64,000 bases of DNA, from NCBI GenBank assembly GCA_030390025.1, contig CM059431.1, positions 140,556,001-140,620,000 of the forward strand. The letters run 5' to 3'. Below the pieces are notes generated by a model. That model had not been told where the DNA came from. It made no database searches and saw only the letters and a program-made list of their open reading frames with translations. The translations under genes were made by a program, and so were the position numbers. Numbering within the stretch: the first letter of the stretch is position 1; the number at the start of each line of letters is the position of its first letter. Positions 11,255-23,900 of the stretch are shown piece by piece. Origin of the DNA: Squalus acanthias (taxonomy: Eukaryota).

Positions 11255-14190
11255 GAATCACAGAATCATCGAATCATAGAAAGGCTACAGTACAGTAGGA
11301 GGCCATTCGACCCGTCGATCCCGTGCTGGCTCTCTGCAAGAGCACTTCAGCTAGTCCCACTCCCTCACCTTTACCCTCTGGCCCTGCAGATTTTTCCTTC
11401 ATGTAATTGTCCAATTCCCTTTTGAAAGCCACGATTTAGTCTGCCTCGACCACCATTTCAGACAGTTCATTCCAGATTCTAACCACTCACTGCATAAAGA
11501 AGTTTCCCCGCATGTGGCCTTTGGTTCTTCTGCCAATCACGTTAAATGTGTGTCCTCTGGTTCTCGACCCTTCCACCAATGAGAATACTAATTCTCTATC
11601 TACTCTGTCTAGACACCTCATGATTTTGAACACCTCTATCTAATCTCCTCTCAACGTTATCTGCTCTAAGGAGAGCAACCCCAGCTTCTCCAGTCTATCC
11701 ATGTAAATGAAGTCCCTCATCCCTGGAACCATTCCTGTAAATCTATTCTGCACCCTCTCTAAGGGCTTCACATCCTTTCTAAAGTTTGGAGCCCAGAATT
11801 GGACACAATACTCCAGCTGAGGTCGGACCATTGTTTTATAAGGTTTCATAATAACTTACCTGCTTTTTTACTCCCTGCCTCTATTTATGAAGTCCAGGAC
11901 CCCGTATGCTTTTTATTCGCTTTCTAAACCTGCCCTGTCACCTTCAACGATTTGTGCACATATACCCCCAGGATGTTGCAGCCCCTTTAGAATAGTACCC
12001 TTTAGTTTATATTGCCTCTCCTCGTTCTTCCTACCAAAATGTATCACTTCATAGAAACATAGAAGATAGGAGCAGAAGTTGGCCATTCGGCCCCTCGAGC
12101 CTTCTCCGCCATTTAAGGAGATCATGGCTGATCATCCAAATTCAGTAACCTCTCCCTGCTTTCTCCCCATATCCCTTGATACCTTTAGCCTTCAGAAATA
12201 TATCTATCTCCTTCTTGAATATATTTAATGAATTGGCCTCAACTGCCTTCTGTGGTAGAGAATTCCACAGGTTCACCACTCTCTGGGTGAAGAAATTCCT
12301 CCTCATCTCATTCCTAAATTACAGCCAGCCTTTCTAGCACATCTACTTTATCAATGTTTTTATCGCATCCAGTATCTCCACTAGCTTCTCTTTCGCTATG
12401 ACTTTGACTGCATTTTCCTCCTTGGTAAAGACAGATGCAAAGTACTAATTTAGTACGTCAGCCATGCCCTCTGCCTCCATGCATAGATCTTATTTTTGTT
12501 CCCTTTTCGACTCCACCGCTCCACTTACTGCCCGTTTATTATTTCTATGCCTATACAAGACTTTGTGATTCCCTTTAATGTTAGCTGCCAGTCTTTCTCA
12601 CACTCTCTCTTTGCCCCTCTTATTTCCTTTTTCATGTTACCTCCGAACTTTCTATATTCAGCCTGATTATCACTTATATTGGCCCAGAAATTAAACAGTG
12701 AGTGTTCACGCGGGGGTAAGGCTTCCCCGCGATATCTCACTCCGCGCCTACCTTTTTCCTCCGGGCCCACACGAACTTTAGTTTCAAGGCCAGTCCCATC
12801 TGCAGCCGTGCAGTGCTTGCGTGTCCCAGAGACGCAATTTGTTCGTGCGAGCTCTGGGATCACGTGATTCAGTTAGAGCCAATGGCAGCACACCATCTTT
12901 CATTCATAGTTTTGACGGCAAGAGCTGTCAAAGCTATGAATACTAAACCCCCCAAAAGAACATCTAAACCTCAATTAAATAAAAAAAAGCCATCACATTA
13001 ATAAAATAAGTATCGTTAAATAAATTAACCATTTTAAACCAAAAATTAATTTTTGAAAAAATTTAAAATCTTTTTAAAAGTTATAAAATAAACTTACCTT
13101 TCTTTAAAGTCTCTAAAAAAGATAAAACTGTTGAAAAAAATTTAAAATAACTCTTAATTAACTACTTACCTTGTTAAAAGGGGGTCCTACGCCTGCTTTC
13201 TTTATGTGTAAAATCTTCAAAACTTACCTGCGCGTTCAAAGCTGCAAAAATAACTAAGTGCACTGCGTGCGCGCAGCCTGTAACGCGCACGCGGTTCACT
13301 TAGGAACCGCCCCCTTTTGAATTCAGCGCAGTGCATGCAGGAAACCGGCAATTGGAGACCTAAAACGTGAGAGTACACAGTGCGTACTCTCGCGTATTAG
13401 GTCTAATTTTCGGGCCATTCTTAACCAACATCTGTCATACGGGCTCTTTTTCTGCTTCATCTTACTCTCTATCTCTTTCATCATCCATGGAGCTCTGATT
13501 TTAGTTACCCTACCTCTCCCTCTCGTGGAATGTACCTCGACTATACCCGAACCATCTCCTCTTTAAAGGGAGCCCATTGTTCAATTACAGTTTTGCCTGC
13601 TAATCTTTGAATCCAATTTACCCGGGACAGATCCATTCTCAACACACTGAAATTGGTCTTCCAACAATTAAATCATTTTACTCTAGATTGCTCCCTGTCA
13701 ATTTCCATAGCTTATCTAAACCTTATGATACTATGACCACTGTTCCCTAAATATACCCCTAATGACAATTGCTCCACTTGACCCATCTCATTTCCCAGAA
13801 CCAGATCCAGCAATGCCTCCTTCCACATTGAGCCAGAAGCGTTCTGATCAAGAAAGAACGCACTTCAGAAAGTCTTCCCCCTCTGTTCCCTTTACACTAT
13901 TAATATCCCAGTCTATATTAGGATAAACTTAGTCTCCATTATTACTATTCTGTAGTGCTTGCACCTCTCTGTAATTTCCATGCAAATTTGCTCATCTGTA
14001 TCCTTTCCACTAGTTGATGCCCTATAGAACACACCTAGTAGTGTAATGGGACCTCTACTGTTTCTTAACTCTAACCAAATAGATTCTGTCCTTGACCTCT
14101 CCAGGACATCCTCTCTCCAGCAGTGTAATATTCTCCTTAATCAATACCGCCACCACACTTCCTTTCTTTCCCTCTCTGTCTTTCCTGGTC
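11255..14190 (-). mobile_element. Cluster of nested CR1 LINE fragments: 3' ends at ~11260 and ~12050, degenerate ORF2 to ~14190
   Basis: VRPQLEYCVQFWAPNFRKDV (11640-11849); (CATAGAAA) tail at 12050; EYRKFGGNMKKEIRGAKRECE near 12600; interrupted by the MITE at 12681-13416. Confidence 0.85.
12681..13416. mobile_element. Non-autonomous DNA transposon (Harbinger-type MITE), family A copy 1
   Basis: TIRs GGCCCAGAAATT ... AATTTTCGGGCC with a 3-bp ATT duplication on both flanks. AT-rich core, GC-rich subtermini. Reverse-complement homologue at 17524-18258. Confidence 0.88.
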
Positions 14191-15464
14191 ACCAATGGTT
14201 AACTTGTTCATGCCTTTGTTCTCTATTTTACATGTTGATATTAGATGATGTGATTGATTAAACATAGCCTTCTCACGATTGGAGCTGGGTTCAGGTGCAT
14301 CGCTGCCTGATAGAATTAAAATCCAAGACTGCTGTCTGACTCGTGCCTTAAATAGAGAAGGTCAGCTCAATCCAGTTCAACGAGATGTGCCTCTTACATA
14401 GAATAGCCAGATCTCACCACCACTTCCCACAGAAGCTGGGTGCCTGCCAGATTAGAAGAGCTTGGGATCCACGGGGAAATGAAACCATGTGACGTTTGGC
14501 TTTTGGAGAACCTCAGGATGAGGCGGGACGTTAGAAAGTCAAGGTAGAGGGGGCACTTAATCAGAATTATTAAATGAAGTCCATTCATATTTAAGGCACT
14601 GAGGCTATTTTTAGAGTAAGGTTTTAAATAAGGTTCTTGAACTTTGAAGTGTGGTGTCATTGGTTTATTGATCCCACAGTACGTGCAATAGTACTTACAC
14701 ATAAAATTAAAAGGCACAAATTACAGCCACACCTGATGATAGTTTTGATGATTGAGTCAAAAGTTTACGGATGTGAGCTCAGTATCTTCGGCTTTTAAAA
14801 ATTGCAAATACTCATTACAAACAGCTCGTTTTATACATTGCTCTCAGTCCCACTACGTGGGAATCGATACAATTCTGTATTACATAATTATATTAAAGTG
14901 AAAAGTCAATTTCCTGTGAGAAGAATTAATTTACTATCCTTTATCAATAACAAGAGATGGATGAATAAAAATAGATTGAAGGGTGTGTTGAGACCGAGCA
15001 GGTAAAGTGCTTGGAACTAATTGTTAGGGTGGAGGGTAAACTCCGCCTAGGACTGGTTGGGTCGACAAGTCTTTTTTCCTGTCGTAGCACTCCATTGTGT
15101 TGACCAGTTTAGATTTTCAGCAAATATCTGTGAACAAAGATGTCTAATGTCACATTGACGAGTGAAGTTCCTACTGTCTCCATCATCAGACACTGATCAG
15201 GAGACAGGGCTCCGTTCTATTGGTCCAGAAGACAATGGGGGGCGGAGTCTGATGGGGAGACCAGCGCCTACAGCATTCACACCGAGATTACAGAATTACA
15301 GATAACCACCATTGTAACACATTGTTTCTACACTAAAGGAAACTTTAACTATTAGTTAAACTGGGGCGTCTCATTCCAGTACCTGCGGTGTCAGGCAGGT
15401 AACGCTGACGCCCAAGTTTTCTACTCCACTGCTGAAGCTCAATCATGACTGTTCTTTCAGAGTA

Positions 15465-16110
15465 TTACATAGTATTTACATCAAGGAAACAGGCTATTCG
15501 GCCCAACAGGTCCATGCTGGTGAAAATGCTCCACACGAGCCTCCTTCCACCTCCTTCATCTAACTCCATCAACATATCCTTACACCCCTTTCTCCCATAT
15601 GTGCCTATCCAGCTCCCCATTAAATATATCTGTTATTCGCGTTAACTACTCCATGTGGTAGCGAGTTCCTCATTCGCACCACTCTCTGGGTAAAGGAGTT
15701 TCTCCTGAACTCCCTATTGGATTTATTAGTGACTATCTAATATTTATGGTCCCTAGTTCCAGTCTCCCCCGCAAGTGGAAACATCCTCCCTACGTCGACC
15801 AATGAAACCCTTTCATAATCTTAAAGACATTTTTCAGATCACCCCTCAGCCTTTCCTTTTCTAGGGAAAGCTTTCCTGAGAGGTATACACTGTCAGTTCT
15901 GGTATCTTTCCAGTAAATCTTTATTTACACCTTCTCCATTGTCTTTATATGCTTGTTTATAATATGGAGACCGGTACGGTGCGCAGTTCTCCAAGTGTGG
16001 TCTAATCAAGGTTCGATACAAGTATAATATACCATAGCTGCTTTGCAACTCTAATCCTCTAGAAATAAGCACTAGTGCTTGGTTTGCTTTTTCTGGCCTT
16101 ATTAACCTGC
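15465..16110 (-). mobile_element. Degenerate CR1 LINE 3' fragment
   Basis: Contains CR1 3' motifs seen in other copies here (accactctctgggtaaag, caagtgtggtcta, tattcggcccaac). Confidence 0.75.
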
Positions 16111-16140
16111 CTCATTCACATCTTGTTATTGTTGATAATG

Positions 16141-16495
16141 GAGTTATTGACTGAGCTCAGCAAACAATCTCTGATCAATTACACTACAACAACAACTTGA
16201 GTTATTGTCTGAGCTCAGCAAACAATCTCTGATCAATTACACTACAACAACAACTTGAGTTATTGACTGAGCTCAGCAAACAATCTCTGATCAATTACAC
16301 TACAACAACAAATTGCATTATTGACTGAGCTCAGCAAACAATCTCTGATCAATTACACTACAACAACAACTTGAGTTATTGACTGAGTTTAGCAAACAAT
16401 CTCTGATCAATTACACTACAACAACAACTTGAGTTATTGACTGAGTTTAGCAAACAATCTCTGATCAATTACACTACAACAACAACTTGCATTGA
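16141..16495. repeat. 58-bp minisatellite, about 6 copies
   Basis: Unit TTATTGACTGAGCTCAGCAAACAATCTCTGATCAATTACACTACAACAACAACTTGAG; period 58 (16144, 16202). Confidence 0.95.
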
Positions 16496-16739
16496 TAGGA
16501 AATCTCTTCCAATATTGAGCGGGAAGGGCGCTGTTTTAGCGGGAATCGATTATGTTCACCCGGGGAAAGCAGCAGACATCAAACACCCGGCACAAAGTGG
16601 AGGAAATGTTTTCTGATTCCTGTTCGTTTTCACAACAACAATTGGCTTCCGTCCCAACAGAAAGACGGTCATTCCAAAATAGAACACGGGCTGTAATTGA
16701 ACTTTAGCAAGGACAGGAAGCCTTGGCTTAATGTTACAT

Positions 16740-18379
16740 TTATTTAACCAATATCAGAATCAATGTCCAAGGAGATTTCATCACCTTCTTCAGCTCTTCA
16801 CTGAATTTAGTTTGTGTAGCTTCATAAATACACGGGTTTTGAACAGGAACTCAAATACATTAGCATAAACCCGGTTTCTGTGGCGATGTAGGCAGAGATG
16901 TATAATCGCCTCGGTAATGCGCGATGTTTGTCAGTCCGGTACTTAAATAACTAACGACAGTTGTCAGCCTCAACACTATAAAACTGCCCGATACAGTGAA
17001 CAGTAAAATGATGGATTTCCTTCGGTTCTCCATCTCTGGATCGCTCTGATTCTCACTGCTGTGATCCCGGAGTCCCCTGCGGCCTCTACTGGACACTAAA
17101 ATACGTCTGATTGTCAAACAATTAAACAGTAATATCTGAGCAAGTGGACTCCACATCGTTAAAATACCTTGTAACCAGGAGAAAACGACACCTGCAGGCG
17201 ATGGAAAATAGTCCAGTCCGGGGTAACAACCCCAATGAATATTGTTAATTATTCGATCAGGTTTATAGACAATCAAATCTAGAATGTTTTGTAAATAGAT
17301 CAGGACAGAGACTGTTGTTATGTCCACAGCCGCAGTTCTCACTCTGAAATAACTTGTTTTAAACTTCTGACAACATAAGGCTACAAATCGGTCAAAGGTG
17401 AACAAGATTGTAAACCACACCGACATATCCAGGCTGGTAGAATGGATACAAATAATGATCTTACAAACGGCAGTGTAGGACAGGAAGGAATGTGGAAAGT
17501 GATTTGTACAAATGTGATACAATGGCCCAAAAATTAGAGCCGCTACGCGAGAGTACGCACTGCGTACTCTCGCGTATTCTGTCTCCAATTGCCGGTTTTC
17601 TGCATGTTCTGCGCATGCGCTGAAAACCGGCACTTGGTGAATGGAAAAGGGGGCGGGTCCTAGGTGAACCGCGTGCGCGCTACAGGCTGCGCGCACGCTG
17701 TGCACTTAGTGGTTTCAACGCGCAGGTAAGTACGAAGATTCTACACATAAAAAGAGGAGTAAGACCCACTTTTAACAAGGTAAGTAGTGAATTAAGTATT
17801 ATTTTGAATTTTTTTTAACAGGTATATCTTTCTTAGAGACTTTAAAGACAGGTAAGTTTATTTTTATAACTTTTTAAAAGATTTTAAATGTTTTCAAAAA
17901 TTTAATTTTTTATTTAAAATGGTTAATTTATTTAACTATACTTATTTTATTAATGTGATGTTTTTTTAATTTAATTGAGGTTTAGCGGTTCTTTTGGGGG
18001 GCTATAGTATTCATAACTTTCACAGCACTTATGTGAAAGTTATGAATGGAAGATGGTGTGCTGCCATTGGCTCTAACTGAGTCACGTGATCCCACAGCTC
18101 GCACGAATTAACTACGCCGGTGGGATACGCAAGCCCAGCACACCAGCTGTCCAGAACATCAAGTTCGTGCGAGCTGGAACTGAAAAAGCCAACGCGGAGT
18201 GAGAGATCGCGGGGAGGACTTACCCTCGCACGAAGGCTTCCTCACGAATTTTTGGGCCATTATTACATTGAGGATCATGACCAGTAGATCCACTGTTGCC
18301 ATGGCCACCATGTAGAGAGAGATACATTTGGAAAGGCCGCAGTTTCCTCTGGAGAGAATCACCATTGTCAGTATGTTCT
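16740..18379 (-). pseudogene. GPR139/GPR142-like class A GPCR pseudogene, main exon
   Basis: Acceptor ctttctcacAG at 18381/18380. Reads NILTMVILSRGNCGLSKCISLYMVAMATVDLLV...SVWFTILFTFDRFVALCC...DPEMENRRKSIILLFTVSGSF...NPCIYEATQTKFSEELK, native stop TAA at 16742-16740. Disrupted by a MITE (17524-18258) and frameshifts near 16895 and 16838, giving a premature TAA at 16862-16860. Confidence 0.9.
17524..18258. mobile_element. Harbinger-type MITE, family A copy 2, inverted relative to 12681-13416
   Basis: TIRs GGCCCAAAAATT ... AATTTTTGGGCC; flanks AAT and ATT (3-bp TSD with one mismatch). Internal sequence is the reverse complement of copy 1. Confidence 0.9.
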
Positions 18380-19867
18380 CTGTGAGAAAGAGAGACAAGA
18401 GGTCAGTAGCGGGGACATTCAGATAAATCTCACAGATATTGTGGGGAAATGTTGAGATGTGTTCCTATTATTTTTTATATCGGTGAGCGTTGTAGGCATT
18501 TTGTTCAAAATAAACGCATCATTCTACACTCACTATAGAGGGACTGAGAATGACCATCTTTCCAGCATACTTCTGTCAGACGATGTCAAGGCGGCGCGGG
18601 GAGGAGGGTCGCTCGGATTCAGTATCGGGAATGTACAAGGAGAGCGATCCCCACCACCACAGACACCCAGGCACTGATATAGGAGGATGTTAACTTTGTG
18701 CGATAATATAAAACCGGCGACATTGAATCAGCCGTCCGTCATACATCTCTCCGATTGTCATTTCAATCACTATCGCCCCTGACACTAGACTGAGCCTCCA
18801 TTCACACTCTAACTGTGCGGTCCAGGCCAAACCGGAGTACCTCGCAGGGACGGTGCAGTTACAGATAAAAGTCCCTTAAAGCGAAACCTTGGCTAGTTCT
18901 GTAACTTGTTCATATTCGAGCAGCCAATAAAGAAGCGGATTCCCTTACATACATCCAAATACATATTCCATTGCAGTGTGGAGCGCTGAAACCATCCCGC
19001 CATGAGGCTGGGACCATGTGATGCACCGAGCCAATTTGATGAGTTACTACAGCGGCCCCAGGGAGCAATCGATGGAATTTTCCATTTAATCTCATCGGGT
19101 TAATTGGAGAGGGGGATCTCGGGAGCGGCATCAGATGTCAGCTGTATTCAATAGAATTTACAAACAGTTGCTAGAAATATATAAATTCAAACATAATATT
19201 CAGCTGTGACACAAAGCATTATAACCACAAACCGCGACCGCTGCTGCAGACCAGGGGATCACAGGATGGTGAAAATAACAAACATCGCAAAGAAATGAAG
19301 GGACTTCTGATCAGTGAACTCCCGGTAAACTAGGGGAGTGAGTAGGAGCTGGAACTCCAAATAGAGAAATACGACTGATTAAAAAGGATTAGAATCCTGA
19401 ACTTACTGTTCATAGAGTTAAACCCATGGGGCTGAGGGCTCAGGAGTAAAACTGTGAGAAAGGCCTTGATGGTTGTGACTGCTCCCGTGAGTCGACACAC
19501 TGGACACCAGCAGAGGTTTGGGCTGTAGATCCCACAGACCATGGAGGGAGTGCAAGGTACTGAAGGATTATTTCCCGGCTCTTTAAAGAGAGGAATCATT
19601 CCGGACAGACCATTCCGGACACAAAGCGATAGTCCCAGAAATCCCCGACCCATGGTCACAGCTCCTGGAGTCTGTCTACAGCTTAATGCGACCTTGAGGT
19701 CCAGTGTCGATTGAAGGAAATACAGCCCCAGCATCAATGGGTCTCAGACCCTCTTCGCCGAATTCACTGATCTCCGGCCACTCTGAGCAAAACCGAGCCG
19801 CTCCCGCCATGGCCAGTGATTCCGACAGGGGAATGTTGACTTTTACAGCCCGGAGCAAAGGGCTTTC

Positions 19868-22830
19868 ACCCAGTACAACATGGTTTAATTCCCCACACCA
19901 GCCCCATTGTAGTGTCAACCAATGGCAGCACATGGACCTCAGCAACAGACTCCGAGAGACTCCCAGTACTACATGGTTTCATTCCCCACACCAGCCCCAT
20001 TGAAGGATCGGCCAAAGGCAGCACACGGGCCTCAGCAACAGACTCAGAGAGACTCCCAGTACAACATGGTTTCATTCCCCACACCAGACCCATTGTAGTA
20101 TCGGCCAAAGACAGTACATGGGCCTCAGCAACAGACTCAGAGAGACTCCCAGTACAACATGGTTTCATTCCCCACACCAGCCCCATTGTTGTATCGGCCA
20201 AAGGCAGCACATGGACCTCAGCAACAGAATTAGAGAGACTCCCAGTACAACATGCTTTCATTCCCCACACAAGCCCCATTGTTGTATCGGCCAAAGGCAG
20301 CACATGGACCTCAGCAACAGAATTAGAGAGACTCCCAGTACAACATGGTTTCATTCCCCACACCAGCACCATTGTAGAATCGGCCAAAGGCAGAACATGC
20401 GCCTCAGCAACAGACTCAGAGAGACTCCCAGGACAACATGGTTTCATTCCCCACACCAGCCCACTGTAGTGTCGGCCAAAGGCAGCACATGGACATAGAC
20501 ACATAGAAACATAGAAGATAGGAGCAGGAGCAGGCCATTCGGCCCCTCGAGCCTGCTCTGCCATTCGATGAGATCATGGCTGATCATCCAAACTCAGTAC
20601 CCTGTACCTGCCTTCTCCCCATATCCTTTGATACCTTTAGCTTTAAGAAATATATCTAACTCCATCTTAAATATATTTAATGACTTGCCCTCAACTAGCT
20701 TCTGTGGTAGAGAATTCCACAGATTCACCACTCTCTGGGTGAAGAAATTCTTCCTCATTTCTGTCCTAAATGGCTTAGCCGTTATCCTTAGATTATGACC
20801 CCTGGTTCTGGACTCTCCGACCATCGGGAACATTCTTACTGCATCTAGTTTGTCCAGACCTGTCAGAATTTTATATGTTTCGATGAGATCCCCTCTCATT
20901 CTTCTATACTCCAGCGAGTATAAGCCCAATCGACCCAATCTCTCCTCATATATCATTTCTGCCATCCCAGGTATCAGCCTTGTGAATTTTCGCTGAACTC
21001 CTTCCATGGCAAGAACATCCTTCCTCAGATAAGGCGACCAAAACTGCACACAGTACTCAAGGTGTGGTCTCACCAAGGCCCTGTACAACTGCAGCAGGAC
21101 ATCCCTGTTCCTATACTCAAACCCTTTCGCTATGAAGGCCAACATACCATTTGCCTTCTTCACCGCCTGCTGCACCTGCATGCTTACTTTCAGCGACTGG
21201 TGCACAAGGACACCTAGGTCTCGTTGCACTTCCCCTTCTCCCAATATATTGCCATTCAGATAATAGTCTGCCTTTCTGCTTTTGACACCAAAGTGGATAA
21301 CCTCGCACTGTCCACGTTATATTGCATCTGCCACGCTTCTGCCCACTCACCCAACCTGCCCAAATCATCCTGGAGTTTCTCGGTATCCTCCTCGCAACAC
21401 ACACTCCCACCCAGCTTTGTGTCATCTGCAAACTTGGAGAAATTACTTTTAGTTCCCTTATCTAGATCTTTAATGTGTATTGTGAATAGCTGGGGTCCAA
21501 GGACCGGCCCCTGCGGTACCCTACTAGTCACTGCTTGCCACTCGGAAAAAGACCCATTAATTCCTACACTCTGCTTTCTGTCCGCCAACCAGTTATCTAT
21601 CCAAGTCAATACCTTGCCCCCAAACCTTTGTGCCTTAACTTTACACGCTAATCTCTTACGTGGGACTTTATCGAAAGCCTTTTAAAAGTGCAAATACACC
21701 ACATCTACTGGTTCACCCTTATCTATTTTCCCAGTTACATCCTCAAAAAATTCCAGTAGATTAGTCAAGCACGATTTACCTTTTGTAAATCCATGTTGAC
21801 TTTGTCCGATCCTGTCACTGTTTTTCAAGTGCTCAGCTATTACATCCTTCAAAATGGACTCTAGCATTTTCCCCAATACCGATGTCAGGCTTACCGGTCT
21901 GTAATTCCCCGCTTTCTCTCTACCACCCTATTTGAATAGTGGGGTAACATTGGCTACCCTCCAATCTATGGGTACAGTTCCAGATTCCATCGAATGTTGG
22001 AAGATGATCATCAATGCATCCACTATTTCTAGGGCCACTTCCTTAAGTACCCTAGGATGTAGATTATCAGGCCCTGGGGATTTATCGGCCTTAAATCCCG
22101 TCAATTTCCCGAACACCATTTCCCTGCAAACACTGATTTCTTTCAGTTCCTCCCTTTCATCAGACCGTATGTTCTCCAACATCTCTGGGAGGTTATCTGT
22201 GTCCTCCTTTGTGAACAGACTCAGCAACAGACTTAGAGAGACTCCCAGTACTACATGGTTTCGTTCCCCACACCAACCCCATTGTAGAATCGGCCAAAGG
22301 GTGCACATGGGCCTCAGCGACAGACTCAGAGAGACTCCCAGTACAACATGGATTCATTCCCCACACCAGCCCCATTGTAGTGTCGGCCAAAGATAGCACA
22401 TGGACCTCAGCAACAGACTCAGAGAGACTCCCAATACAACATGGTTTCATTCCCCACACCAGCCCCATTGTAGTATCGGCCAAAGACAGCACATGGACCT
22501 CAGCAACAGACTCAGAGAGACTCCCAATACAACATGGTTTCATTCCCCACACCAGCCCCATTGTAGTATCGGCCAAAGGCAGCACATGGATCTCAGCAAC
22601 AGACTCCCAGAGACTCCCAGTACAACATGGTTTCATTCCCCTCACCAGCCCCATTGTAGTGTCGGCCAAAGGCAGCACATGGGCCTCAGCAACAGACTCA
22701 GAGAGACTCCCAGTAGAACATGGTTTCATTCCCCACACCAGCCCCATTGCAGTTTCGGTTAAAGGCAGCACATGGACCTCAGCAACAGACTCCGAGAGCC
22801 TCCCAGTACAAAAGGATTTAATCCCCACAC
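19868..22830. repeat. 93-bp minisatellite split in two (19868-20493, 22215-22830) by a CR1 insertion
   Basis: Unit CCCAGTACAACATGGTTTCATTCCCCACACCAGCCCCATTGTAGTATCGGCCAAAGGCAGCACATGGACCTCAGCAACAGACTCAGAGAGACT; period 93. Confidence 0.95.
20494..22214 (-). mobile_element. 5'-truncated CR1 LINE (RT domain and 3' UTR)
   Basis: QHGFTKGKSCLTNLLEFFE, VPQGPVLGPQLF, KFADDTKL, LVRPHLEYCVQFWSP; (CATAGAAA) tail. Same subfamily as 42458-47080. Confidence 0.95.
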
Positions 22831-23164
22831 CCGTGCCAATGTGTTCTCTCTAAGGGGAATTTTCTGCTTCTGTTGCGGGGTCAGGAGACTTTTCTGTGGT
22901 GCGGGCCGATAATATAAAGAACTGACGCTGATTTTATGAACTAACTGGAACTAGAGAAAGGTCTCTGGTTTCACAGAACAGATCTGGTGTAACAAACATT
23001 CACATTGGACAAGACGGCATAAAGCAGGAAGCTTCATCAATCATTGGAGAGGCTGAGAATCCCATCAGTACAGGATTTTTTCAAGGTGAGATTCAAACAA
23101 GCTATTGGGCGCCGTTTAAAAGGATCGGTATTTGATACGATAATTTGACTGTGGATTCACTGGT

Positions 23165-23900
23165 ATGTAAAGCTCGCCCATACCTGACCTGGGAGTGCTT
23201 GATGTTTACATGTACAGGGATTTCTGTCCTGTATTCATACCATGCTGTACGTGAGATGGTGAGAATCATTGGGTAGTGTAAGAGGAGCTGTATGCTGCTT
23301 TGGCCACATGTTGTATCTGAGTTCACTGTGCTTGATAAAAGATAACAGAGTGAGATTTACAATGTATCCAACTCCTGTCTACATGCCCTGGGAGTGTTTG
23401 ATGGATCAGTGTCGAGGGAGCTTTCTGTATGCGACCCGTGCTGTAACTCACCTTGGAGTCTTTGATGGGATAGTATGGAGGGAGCTTTACTCCGTATGTA
23501 ACCCATGCTATTCCTGACCTGGGAATATTTGATGGGATAGTGTGGATGGAGCTTTACTCTATATCTACCCCGTGCTGGACCTGTCGTGGGAGTTATTGAT
23601 GGAATTATTTGGTGGGAGCTTTACTCTGCATGTAACCCATGCTATTCCTGACCTTGGAGACTTTGATGGGATAGTGTGGAGGGAGCTTCACTCTTTATCT
23701 ACCCCGTGCTGGACCTATTGTGGGAGTCTTTGATGGGATAGTGTAGAGGGAGCTTTACTCAATATCTACCCCGTGCTGGACCTGTCGTGTGAGTATTTTA
23801 TCGGCAGTTTAAAATGCTTTACACTGTATGTAACCCATGCTGTACCTGACCTTGGAGTTTTTGATTGGACGGTGTAGAGTTAGATTTAATCTGCATGTAT
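23165..23900. repeat. Degenerate ~66-67-bp tandem repeat, also at ~39410-39640 and ~40820-41220
   Basis: Recurrent CCTGACCTGGGAGTGTTTGATGGGA-AGTGTAGAGGGAGCTTTACTCTGTATCTAACCC-TGCTGTA. Confidence 0.85.

Noticed and set aside
14390..14520. Possible minus-strand exon with an Ig-like KPNVTWF motif
   Set aside because: That frame stops within a few codons and no partner exons were found.
18459..18677. PDZ-like GSLGFSIG motif in a short ORF
   Set aside because: Only a few residues match, the rest of the fold is missing, and there is no convincing exon structure.
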